Below are positions 29,265 through 37,361 of a stretch of 45,504 bases of DNA, piece after piece. The notes under the pieces are model-generated. The model was not told the origin of the DNA. It searched no databases and was given only the letters and a program-made list of their open reading frames with translations. Source of the DNA: Opitutus sp. GAS368 (GTDB lineage Bacteria; Verrucomicrobiota; Verrucomicrobiia; Opitutales; UBA953). The DNA is taken from NCBI GenBank assembly GCA_945906115.1, contig CAMDQP010000001.1, forward strand, positions 1 through 45,504. The letters are read 5' to 3'. The position numbers and the translations under genes were made by a program. Each line of letters starts with the position of its first letter. Positions within the stretch are counted from its first letter, which is position 1.

Positions 29265-30035
29265 TCAGCGTTCCCAGACCTGTCGGGGTATCCGCTGAAG
29301 GATGCCGAGGCGCAGCTCGGTCTCCATGATGCGTAGCCTGATCAGGTCTTCCGGAAAACCGTCCTCCTTGGCACGCATGCGCGTCTCCCAGTAGTTCCGG
29401 TACCAACGGTAGGCTTCGGTCTTCCGGCCGGCACCCCAATCGAAGTCCGCGCAAATCCGGGCCGCATACCAAGGAGCGTCCGGCGCCTCCGCGGCCTGCC
29501 GGTAATAATCGGCCGCGAGTCGGAGGTCCTTGAGTTTTCCTTCCGCGAGGAAGCCTGCCGCCAGCAGCAAGGAAGTGCGACTACGGGCATAAGCCATGCC
29601 CTCTTCGAGGACATCCAGTCCCCGGCGTCCATATTGGCGGAAAAGTCGCTCCTGGGTTTCGGCGGGCACCTTGGCATAGCCACCCCGACGACGAATCTCC
29701 CAGTGCGCCATATCTAGGCCGATGCGTAATCCGGTGTTTTCCCAAAAATATCGAGCATGCGGATCAAGGGTGCAGGCCGTCCGCATCAAAGCCTCGCAAC
29801 CGGGACGATCACGGCGCTCCCAGAAGACGTAGCTACGGATCCAAGCGATGTCGGCGACGACCGTCCGCAGACCGCCCAAGACGCCGAGCAGCACGCCTTG
29901 TCCTAGGGTGGGCTCAAGCTCCTTGCGCCCAATTTCGGGAATGCTCGGCCGGATGCGCCGCCATGAGGATTCCGCCAAGGTCCCAGCTCCAAGAATAAGC
30001 ACGCCGACCACGAGCCAAGGGGCGAAACGGCGCAT
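29265..30035 (-). CDS. Membrane-anchored protein with a helical-repeat (TPR-like) soluble domain, function unknown.
   Basis: There is an N-terminal TM segment (FAPWLVVGVLILGAG) and a second hydrophobic segment (GVLLGVLGGLRTVVADIAWI). A W/Y/R-rich helical region follows. The start codon shares one base with the stop of the upstream ABC-2 permease. Confidence 0.5.
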   Translation of the reverse strand: MRRFAPWLVVGVLILGAGTLAESSWRRIRPSIPEIGRKELEPTLGQGVLLGVLGGLRTVVADIAWIRSYVFWERRDRPGCEALMRTACTLDPHARYFWENTGLRIGLDMAHWEIRRRGGYAKVPAETQERLFRQYGRRGLDVLEEGMAYARSRTSLLLAAGFLAEGKLKDLRLAADYYRQAAEAPDAPWYAARICADFDWGAGRKTEAYRWYRNYWETRMRAKEDGFPEDLIRLRIMETELRLGILQRIPRQVWER

Positions 30036-30868
30036 CAGATTTCCCTCCGGCGAAAGATCAACGATCCGAGGGTCAGGTAGGCAACCAGATAAGCCAGACC
30101 GGAGAAGCCGACGGAAATCAACGCCCCCTCCTCAACCACGGAGGAACCGAGCACGAGCGCGTCAGCGAGATTGAATTGCTGGAGATTAGGAATCAGCCGG
30201 GTACTGATCCAAAGGAAGGCAGCATAAACAGGCGAATCCGTCGGACGAAGGAAAGCGTCCTGCGCAATCCACTGGAGCTGACCTGCGACGACGGCCAACG
30301 AGCCGACTACGACCGTGAAAAGGAAGGTGCGCGCCAAAGCGGAAATCGCGAGGACGATGGCGATGACCACGCCCAGCCGGAGCCATTGCAGCAACACTAA
30401 CTGGCCTAGGCCGACGATGCTGAAGGTGGGGGGAATCTTACCGGCCTGCTCCGCCATGACGACCAACTCCTGCTCGCGTGCCCACAGGACAACGCCCTGC
30501 AGGCCGGCTAAGACCAAGACGAAGACGCCCAATACCGCCCAGGCACCAAAGAACTTACCCAGCAGGAATTCCGGGCGACTCAGGGGCTTAGCCAGCAACG
30601 TAAGCGCGGTCTTGTTGTCAATTTCGCTGAAGAACAGCTGAGCAGTCATGACCACCGCCAGGACTGAGCCGAAGAAGAACATGCCGCCGAACCCAAAATC
30701 GGCGATAAACTTAAGCTCCCCGTGGCCGAAGTCGAAGACGCGGAGCGAGACGGAGGACAGGACCATCGCGGCGCTGAGCACGAGCAGGAAGGCGAAGAAA
30801 CGCTGACGGACGGCTTCCAGGAAGGTGACCTGGGAGATCCAAAGCATACGGCGAAGAGAATCTTTCAT
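30035..30868 (-). CDS. ABC-2 type transporter permease.
   Basis: The 277-aa product has about six hydrophobic segments, consistent with ABC-2 topology. It lies 1 nt downstream of the ABC ATPase gene. Confidence 0.75.
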   Translation of the reverse strand: MKDSLRRMLWISQVTFLEAVRQRFFAFLLVLSAAMVLSSVSLRVFDFGHGELKFIADFGFGGMFFFGSVLAVVMTAQLFFSEIDNKTALTLLAKPLSRPEFLLGKFFGAWAVLGVFVLVLAGLQGVVLWAREQELVVMAEQAGKIPPTFSIVGLGQLVLLQWLRLGVVIAIVLAISALARTFLFTVVVGSLAVVAGQLQWIAQDAFLRPTDSPVYAAFLWISTRLIPNLQQFNLADALVLGSSVVEEGALISVGFSGLAYLVAYLTLGSLIFRRREI

Positions 30869-30869
30869 A

Positions 30870-31721
30870 TCAGGCGTCGCGACTTCCAGTTACGAGTTCA
30901 CGGAAGAGGTCTTCCAGGGAGCGGCGGGGATGGGTGACGGAGGTGATTTTGGCGCCATGCGCCTCCAGCGCCGCTTCAGCGGCGGCCCGCGCCGTGGGCG
31001 TCATGGCCTCAATCGTCATCACATGGCGATCACGACGGGACAGGACATCCTCCACGGCGCCTTCGAGGACGAGTTTACCGCGGTCCATGATGGCGACGCG
31101 GTCGCAGATCTGCTCGACCTGTCCGAGGAGGTGAGAGCAGAGAACGACGGTCTTCCCCTTGGCGCGCATCGCCTGGATCATCCTGCCGATGGAGGCGGAA
31201 CCGACGGGGTCAACGCCGGCGGTGGGCTCGTCAAGGATGACGAGTTCAGGATCGTGCACCACGGCCTGAGCAAAGCCGATACGTTGTAGCATCCCCTTCG
31301 AATAGGTGCCAATCGGACGATCGGCGGCCTCGTTCATCGCGGCCAATCCCAACGCGTCTTCGACGGCGGCTCCGAGCTCAGTGTCGGCGACGCCACTGAG
31401 CTGCGCGCAGTAGCGCACGAGTTCGCGGCCAGTAAGGAACTTATGAAAATAAGGTGCCTCGGGTAAGAAGCCGGTACGTCGACGCGCGACGCTAGTGGCG
31501 GAAGGTTCGCCGAGGATACTGATCTCGCCGGCGGTCGCGGAGACGAGGCCCAGGATAACCTTGAGCGTGGTGCTCTTGCCGCAGCCGTTGGGCCCGAGCA
31601 GGCCGTAGACCTGACCACAGGGAATCTCCAGTGAGAAATCGTCGACCGCGCGGAGCTTGAGCCCACGGAGGCCAATGCGGAAATCCTTGGTGAGATGGCG
31701 GACGGAGATGGCGGAACTCAT
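30870..31721 (-). CDS. ABC transporter ATP-binding protein.
   Basis: It has Walker A GPNGCGKST, the signature YSKGMLQR and Walker B LVILDEPTAGVD. The start is trimmed to ATG 31721, which forms an ATGA overlap with the acyP stop. Confidence 0.92.
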   Translation of the reverse strand: MSSAISVRHLTKDFRIGLRGLKLRAVDDFSLEIPCGQVYGLLGPNGCGKSTTLKVILGLVSATAGEISILGEPSATSVARRRTGFLPEAPYFHKFLTGRELVRYCAQLSGVADTELGAAVEDALGLAAMNEAADRPIGTYSKGMLQRIGFAQAVVHDPELVILDEPTAGVDPVGSASIGRMIQAMRAKGKTVVLCSHLLGQVEQICDRVAIMDRGKLVLEGAVEDVLSRRDRHVMTIEAMTPTARAAAEAALEAHGAKITSVTHPRRSLEDLFRELVTGSRDA

Positions 31722-31999
31722 CGGCGGAGGGCGAACTCGCGACACGTGCGCAGTCCGGTGAAAGTTTTGATCTCCTCGCCGCGAATATGTCCGTCGAGAG
31801 ATTTGGCAATCTGGTCAGTAAAGGCTTCGACCTCACCCTCGTCGCCCTCGGCGTGCAGATACACCCTGCCGTCAGTCAAGTTCTGGACGTAACCCGTGAC
31901 ATCATAACCACGGGCCAAACCGAGGACTTGGGCACGAAAACCGACCCCTTGGACATGGCCTACGTACCAGACATCACGATGGGAGACATGGGTTGACAT
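31718..31999 (-). CDS. acyP: Acylphosphatase.
   Basis: VGHVQGVGFRAQV...GYVQNLTDGRVYLHAEGDEGEVEAF is the acylphosphatase signature. I use ATG 31999; the ORF track uses TTG 32005. Confidence 0.9.
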   Translation of the reverse strand: MSTHVSHRDVWYVGHVQGVGFRAQVLGLARGYDVTGYVQNLTDGRVYLHAEGDEGEVEAFTDQIAKSLDGHIRGEEIKTFTGLRTCREFALRR

Positions 32000-32057
32000 A
32001 ACCAAGACTTATCGAAATATTTGACTCTCCCTCATTCACAGCAATCGCAATCTGACC

Positions 32058-32354
32058 ATGAACCTCCCTCTTGCCGTATTCGATGGCCCAGTCATCTGGG
32101 TTGTTCTCTTCGTTGTCCTGCTCCTTTTCGGAGGTTCCAAGCTCCCTGAACTCGCCCGCGGCCTGGGTAAGGCCAAGCGCGAATTCAAGAAGGCTTCCGA
32201 TGAAGTTGAAGACGAAGTGCGCAGCGCCGTCGAAGAAGACGAACGCAAGAAGCTCCGCCTTAAGCAGATCGAGGAAGAAGAACGCGCCGCGGTCCGCGCC
32301 AAGCTCGACGCCGAAGAACGCGCCAAGCGAGCCCAAGACGGCAAGCAGAACTAA
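32058..32354 (+). CDS. tatA: Twin-arginine translocase subunit TatA/E.
   Basis: The TM helix and hinge read VIWVVLFVVLLLFGGSKLPELARGLGKAKREFKK. A long charged tail follows. Confidence 0.92.
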   Translation: MNLPLAVFDGPVIWVVLFVVLLLFGGSKLPELARGLGKAKREFKKASDEVEDEVRSAVEEDERKKLRLKQIEEEERAAVRAKLDAEERAKRAQDGKQN

Positions 32355-32361
32355 CACCTCC

Positions 32362-32389
32362 GGGGCCTGCCAAGGCCCCTTTTTTATTT
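32362..32389 (+). terminator. Rho-independent terminator downstream of tatA.
   Basis: GGGGCC (32362-32367), loop tgccaa, GGCCCC (32374-32379), followed by TTTTTTATTT. It ends 4 nt before the ribE ATG. Confidence 0.7.
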
Positions 32390-32393
32390 CTCG

Positions 32394-32984
32394 ATGTTCA
32401 CCGGGCTAGTCCAGGGAGCCGCCAAGGTCCTTTCCATCGCTCCGCGCGACAAGGACGGCGCCCGCCTGACCTTTGCCCACCCCCTACTCGCCTCCGCCAA
32501 AGCGGGCGACAGCATCGCTACCAATGGCTGCTGTCTAACGGTCGTCGACCCTCAGGGTGCGCAAGCCAGTTTCGACCTCCTCGCCGAGACGCTTCGACTG
32601 ACCAATCTCGGCGACCTCCGCCCAGGCTCGGTCGTCAATATTGAACCCAGCCTCCTGCCGACCGACCGGCTGGGTGGGCACTTCGTGACCGGGCATATCG
32701 ACGGCTGTGGCGAGATTCTGTTCTTCGGACAGGACGGCGCTGACTGGCGGCTCGACATCATGGCTTCCGACGCCTTCCTGCGCCACGTCGTGCGCAAGGG
32801 CTGTGTTGCCGTCGATGGCATGTCGCTGACGGTGGCCGACTTGATTCCCAGCGGCTTCCGCATTTGGGTCATCCCGCACACCTTGGAAGTAACCAACCTC
32901 TCCAGCCGAAAGGCCGGAGACCGGGTCAACCTCGAGTCAGACCTGTTGGCAAAGTACGCCGAGAAGCTCCTCGGCAAGGCCTAG
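32394..32984 (+). CDS. ribE: Riboflavin synthase (alpha chain).
   Basis: MFTGLVQG...GDSIATNGCCLTV...GHFVTGHIDG...VAVDGMSLTV shows the duplicated lumazine-binding repeat. Confidence 0.95.
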   Translation: MFTGLVQGAAKVLSIAPRDKDGARLTFAHPLLASAKAGDSIATNGCCLTVVDPQGAQASFDLLAETLRLTNLGDLRPGSVVNIEPSLLPTDRLGGHFVTGHIDGCGEILFFGQDGADWRLDIMASDAFLRHVVRKGCVAVDGMSLTVADLIPSGFRIWVIPHTLEVTNLSSRKAGDRVNLESDLLAKYAEKLLGKA

Positions 32985-32988
32985 GCCC

Positions 32989-33648
32989 TTACGCGGAATC
33001 AGTTGAAGTCTCGTCCAAGCGGGCCTTCAATCGGGCGGAGATGATTTCGTCTGTTTCGCCTTCCGCAGGCATCGGCTCGCGCTCCAAGGTGACTACCACT
33101 TTCGAGAATGGAATCGGCATCGCGAACCGATCCCAACTGCGCATACGCCAGCAAGCATCGTAACGGATACCCATGACGACGAAGGGGCTGCGCGTCAGGC
33201 GAGCAAGCGAGACCGCCCCAGTCTTGAACTCACGGGCGGGCCCCTTCGGTCCGTCCGGAGTGATGCCGGTATGATTACCCGCGCGCATGGAGCGAGTCAG
33301 GGTGATCAAGGCGGCGGCACCGCGACGATTAGAAGACCCCCGGACCGCGGAGATGCCCATGAACCTGAAGAAAGCGACCAGCCAGGCACCGTCCTTGCTG
33401 GTACTGATGAGCGCCGTCACCGGTCGGGAGAAGTAGCGGTTCGCAACCCACGACGAGACGAAAAGCTTATCGTGCCAGAGTAACAAGACCACCGGGCCCT
33501 CGGAATCGTCGAAGCGTTCTACGTTACACCGGAAACGCAAGGTAGCCAGCCACAGGCGAAAAAACAGCGCCAACGGCACGACCCACACCCAATGATACCA
33601 TGGTACCACCGCGGGGGCATCGGAGGGTTCTTTGGGGGCGTCGGACAC
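32989..33648 (-). CDS. DUF374 domain protein (lysophospholipid acyltransferase-like).
   Basis: It has LLLWHDKLF...STSKDG...GITPDGPKGPAREFKTG and an N-terminal TM segment. Confidence 0.75.
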   Translation of the reverse strand: MSDAPKEPSDAPAVVPWYHWVWVVPLALFFRLWLATLRFRCNVERFDDSEGPVVLLLWHDKLFVSSWVANRYFSRPVTALISTSKDGAWLVAFFRFMGISAVRGSSNRRGAAALITLTRSMRAGNHTGITPDGPKGPAREFKTGAVSLARLTRSPFVVMGIRYDACWRMRSWDRFAMPIPFSKVVVTLEREPMPAEGETDEIISARLKARLDETSTDSA

Positions 33649-33686
33649 TCCCCTCTATCTCACCTCCCCACGGTTAGTTCAAACAA

Positions 33687-34235
33687 TTACGCAGACAGAC
33701 CCAAGGCACGACGGATATCCTGCCTGCGAAATAAGTGCAACAGCGGCGTCGCGAACACCGCCGGCTCGGCCTTGGCCCAAGACCCGACCTCGGCGGGAGT
33801 TCGCCAAAGCAGGGAGTCCACCTCGAATTCGGCGAGCTCTGTCGGATGGTCGCCACGCAACAAATAGGAACGGACGAACTCATTCCCGAGGTCCGCGTGC
33901 CAGGGGGCATAGTCAATCTCGAGCAAGGCCGCGGGCGGGACGGCGACACCCAGTTCCTCGTGCAGTTCCCGAACGGCCGCCCGCAGGTAATTCTCGCCAG
34001 AGTCTACATGGCCGGCGCACGAAGAACTGAGCAGGCCCGGGCAATTATCCTTGGCATAGGAACGCCGCTGGAGGCAGAGCTGCCCGTCCCCCCGGAGCCA
34101 AAAAATATGAATCGCCCGGTGGAGCAGTCCGCGTCGATGGATCTCCCGGCGGAACTCCTGGCCGACGACATCATCACGTGCATCGACGACATCGAAAACT
34201 TCATCCGGCGACTGGCCCACTTCGGAATGGCTCAT
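33687..34235 (-). CDS. NUDIX hydrolase.
   Basis: The Nudix box is GHVDSGENYLRAAVRELHEELGV. The start is trimmed to ATG 34235, which forms an ATGA overlap with the upstream ygjP-like stop. Confidence 0.85.
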   Translation of the reverse strand: MSHSEVGQSPDEVFDVVDARDDVVGQEFRREIHRRGLLHRAIHIFWLRGDGQLCLQRRSYAKDNCPGLLSSSCAGHVDSGENYLRAAVRELHEELGVAVPPAALLEIDYAPWHADLGNEFVRSYLLRGDHPTELAEFEVDSLLWRTPAEVGSWAKAEPAVFATPLLHLFRRQDIRRALGLSA

Positions 34236-34957
34236 CGTCCGAGGTCCATGATAACATTCCAACGCTTGTTCAGCTCCCGGTCATGCTTCTTCCAATCCGG
34301 ATCCCACGCGGCCAATTGATTCCAGAAGCGGTCAGAATGATCCATGTGACGACGATGGGAAAGCTCATGCAGGATGACGTGGTCGTGTAACATCGGCGGC
34401 AGCAGCACCAGCCGCCAATTCAGCGACAACGCGCCCGTCGTCGAGCACGACCCCCAACGAGTGGTCTGATCCCGCACGCTGACCTGCTCGACCGTCACGC
34501 CCACCTTGCTGCTCAACCGGTCGACGGCCAAACCGAGACCCGTTTCAGCCAAGCGACGGATAACCCGCACGGCGCCTTGCTCCGGGTCGGCCGATGGCAT
34601 CACGAGATTCACCTTATCTTCAGTCTTCGAGATGCGGATGCTCCCACGAGTGCCCTGCTCTGTCTCGATTGCCAGCAAGCGGTCATCTAGGGTGACCCAC
34701 GGGAACTTGCGTAGATGCGAAGTGAGCGAAGGCTGGACGGGACGTGCCTTGGCGAGCACGCGTTCCAACCAAGGAAGATTGTCGCGGAGAAAAGCCAGCG
34801 CGGAGGCATGCGAGGCGTGCGGTGGATAAGTGAGGATGACTTTCGGCCCAGGTTTAACCGACAGCCTGACGCGGGTGGTGCGAGCGGAGACGCGCGGCCA
34901 GATCAGCAGGGGGCGTCCGCCGACGTGCACAGTGATGGGTTGGTCGTCCTGCTCCAT
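34232..34957 (-). CDS. YgjP/DUF45 family metal-dependent hydrolase (M48/SprT-like HExxH).
   Basis: LHELSHRRHMDHSDRFWNQL is the HExxH motif plus the family C-terminal motif. ATG 34957 lies 2 nt after the mazG stop; TTG 34963 is an alternative. Confidence 0.85.
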   Translation of the reverse strand: MEQDDQPITVHVGGRPLLIWPRVSARTTRVRLSVKPGPKVILTYPPHASHASALAFLRDNLPWLERVLAKARPVQPSLTSHLRKFPWVTLDDRLLAIETEQGTRGSIRISKTEDKVNLVMPSADPEQGAVRVIRRLAETGLGLAVDRLSSKVGVTVEQVSVRDQTTRWGSCSTTGALSLNWRLVLLPPMLHDHVILHELSHRRHMDHSDRFWNQLAAWDPDWKKHDRELNKRWNVIMDLGR

Positions 34958-34959
34958 GC

Positions 34960-35619
34960 TCAACCTTGAGGGGCGCGAAGTTCGGCCTCAGCGACGACCT
35001 TGGCCGTCTGCCGCCGCAAAGCCGAGTCCGGATCGATGCCGGCATCGCGGCAGGCGGCGATCAACTCGAAGAGTTTCCGGCCGGCAGCTTCCTCGGTCAG
35101 TCCTTGGGCCTGGGCGTCGACCTGGGCGACAGCGACGGTCGCTCCAGCATCGAGCTGCTTCTTGCGGACCTGCTTCCACACTTCACGGGCAGTCAAGATG
35201 GCGTTGAGCGAAGGAGGCAAATCCTTGAAGACCGTGGGCTTCTGGGCGCCCTTCTCCTTAAGTTTGATCTGCTCCCACTGCGTCACAACCGCGTCAGCAG
35301 TTCCGAGCTTGGCGCCGTCACCGAAGACATGCGGATGCCGACGAATCATCTTTTCGTTCACCTCGCGGGCGACGTCGTCGAAAGTGAACTTGCCGGCTTC
35401 GGAGGCCATCTGCGTGTGCATCGCAATATGGAAGAGCAGATCGCCCAACTCTTCCCGGAGATTGGCGTCGTCGTTGCGATCGATCGCCTGGACGAGCTCA
35501 GCGACTTCTTCGACTAAGCAATCGCAGATGGTGCGATGCGTTTGCTCGCGGTCCCAAGGGCAACCGTCGGGTGCACGAAGTCGGGCGGTGGTCGTAAGCA
35601 GATGGTCGATGCCGGGCAT
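34960..35619 (-). CDS. mazG: Nucleoside triphosphate pyrophosphohydrolase MazG (single-domain, 219 aa).
   Basis: ORF 34960..35925 trimmed to ATG 35619. It has CPWDREQTH....LVEEVAELVQAI and EELGDLLF. Confidence 0.92.
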   Translation of the reverse strand: MPGIDHLLTTTARLRAPDGCPWDREQTHRTICDCLVEEVAELVQAIDRNDDANLREELGDLLFHIAMHTQMASEAGKFTFDDVAREVNEKMIRRHPHVFGDGAKLGTADAVVTQWEQIKLKEKGAQKPTVFKDLPPSLNAILTAREVWKQVRKKQLDAGATVAVAQVDAQAQGLTEEAAGRKLFELIAACRDAGIDPDSALRRQTAKVVAEAELRAPQG

Positions 35620-35659
35620 GACCCGATGCAGAAGGCAGTAAGGAAGGGAGTCAAAACGA

Positions 35660-36487
35660 TTGCCAGAAGCCCCGGGAGCGCTTGCTTTAGGGCCAGTGGA
35701 CAAGCTAACCGAAATCATGGACGCCAAGCGCCGGGAAATCGCCCCGTTCGCCCGGGCGGTCACGGATACCGAGCTGGCGGCCTTCGCTGGCAGGCATTCG
35801 ACGCCAGGTTTCCGCCAGTCCTTGCTGGTCCCGGGCCGCCTCAGCGTCATCGCGGAAGTCAAACGGGCCTCGCCGAGCGTCGGCCAGATTCGCGCCGCCG
35901 TGGACGCCGTCGCCCAAGCCCGCACTTACGCCGCCGCCGGCGCCGACTGTCTCTCCGTCCTCACCGAAACGAAGTACTTCCAAGGGGAACTTAAGGACCT
36001 CGTCCAAGTCGTCCAAGATCAGGCCTCCTGGGCCCGCCCCCTCCCCTGTATCCGCAAGGACTTCATGGTACACCCTTACCAGGTGCTGGAAGCGGCCCAA
36101 GCCGGCGCCCGCTGCATCCTGATCATTGTTCGCGGCCTGACTGACGAAGAGATCGTCCCAATCCACCGTTCGGCCAAGCTCGCCGGCCTGGACACGCTCT
36201 TCGAAGTCCACGACGAGACCGAGCTCGAGCGCGCCCTCCGTCATGACCCCGACATGGTCGGCGTGAATAACCGTAACCTTTCCACCTTCCAAATCGACCT
36301 GTCTTTCGCCGAACGCGTCATCCCGCACATGCCGAAGTCCGTCCTGAAGGTCGCCGAGAGCGGCATCAAGACGGCCGAAGACGCCGCCCGCATGCGCGCC
36401 GCCGGTGCGCAGGCCCTGCTCGTCGGTGAGTCCCTCATGCGTGAGCCGAATCCGGCCGCGCTCATGAAGGCGTTGCAAACCGCATGA
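35660..36487 (+). CDS. trpC: Indole-3-glycerol phosphate synthase.
   Basis: It has LTEIMDAKRREI, VIAEVKRASPS, LSVLTE..YFQG and VGVNNRNL. A TTG start at 35660 is preceded by GGAAGGGAG. GTG 35696 is a possible alternative. Confidence 0.92.
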   Translation: MPEAPGALALGPVDKLTEIMDAKRREIAPFARAVTDTELAAFAGRHSTPGFRQSLLVPGRLSVIAEVKRASPSVGQIRAAVDAVAQARTYAAAGADCLSVLTETKYFQGELKDLVQVVQDQASWARPLPCIRKDFMVHPYQVLEAAQAGARCILIIVRGLTDEEIVPIHRSAKLAGLDTLFEVHDETELERALRHDPDMVGVNNRNLSTFQIDLSFAERVIPHMPKSVLKVAESGIKTAEDAARMRAAGAQALLVGESLMREPNPAALMKALQTA

Positions 36488-37317
36488 ACGACGGCCCGCT
36501 TTCGCCCAACGAGACCCGGGACCTGCTGGCCCGCCTCTCCCATATGCCCAAGAAGTGGCTCGGTCAGAATTTCCTCATCGACGGAAATATCGTCCGCAAG
36601 TCCCTCGAGCTCGGCGAGGTCAAGGCCGGCGAAACGGTCGTCGAAGTCGGCCCCGGACTGGGCACGCTGACCCGCACCCTGCTTTGCGCTGGCACCGACC
36701 TCTACGCAATTGAGGCCGACCGTACGATGCACTTCCATCTGACGGAATCATTACTACCGCACTTCCCGAAGACCTTCCACCTGAAGGAAGGTGACGCTGT
36801 CGACTTTCCCCGCGCTGGCCTCGTCGACCCCACCGACGGTTCCTTCAAGGTCATCGCCAATCTTCCTTACGCGATTTCCACGCCGTGGATGGATGCGATC
36901 TGCGCCGGCCCCCACCCCTCGATGATGGTGCTGATGCTCCAGCGCGAGGCCGCCGAACGTCTCACCGCCGACGTCGGCACGGGACATTGGTCGGCGGTCA
37001 CCGCGCAGGTCCACCTGGCGTTCGAGAAGGTCAAAGTGCACCCGGTACCCGCCCAGTCATTCAACCCACCGCCCAAGGTCGACTCGTGCCTGCTCGTGCT
37101 CCGTCGTCGCCCCGACGCCAAGCGCCTCAGCCCCCGCGCCCGTGAAGTCGCCCGCATGCTCTTCACCCAACGGCGCAAACAGGTCGGCTCCGCCGCCAAG
37201 AAACTTTTCCCAGGCGCCGCGGATGTCACCGCCTGGTTGGCGGACCTGCCCCGCTACGGATTGACCAGTTTGGCACGCCCAGAGGCGATTCCGGCTGAAG
37301 CCTGGTTGACTCTCTGA
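36484..37317 (+). CDS. rsmA: 16S rRNA (adenine1518/1519-N6)-dimethyltransferase.
   Basis: It has LGQNFLID.NIV, VVEVGPGLGTLT and ANLPYAISTP. An ATGA overlap links it to trpC. Confidence 0.95.
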   Translation: MNDGPLSPNETRDLLARLSHMPKKWLGQNFLIDGNIVRKSLELGEVKAGETVVEVGPGLGTLTRTLLCAGTDLYAIEADRTMHFHLTESLLPHFPKTFHLKEGDAVDFPRAGLVDPTDGSFKVIANLPYAISTPWMDAICAGPHPSMMVLMLQREAAERLTADVGTGHWSAVTAQVHLAFEKVKVHPVPAQSFNPPPKVDSCLLVLRRRPDAKRLSPRAREVARMLFTQRRKQVGSAAKKLFPGAADVTAWLADLPRYGLTSLARPEAIPAEAWLTL

Positions 37318-37361
37318 CGCCTGGGGTTGCTTTCCGCCCCTTCTCTGCTCCTTATCCCGCC

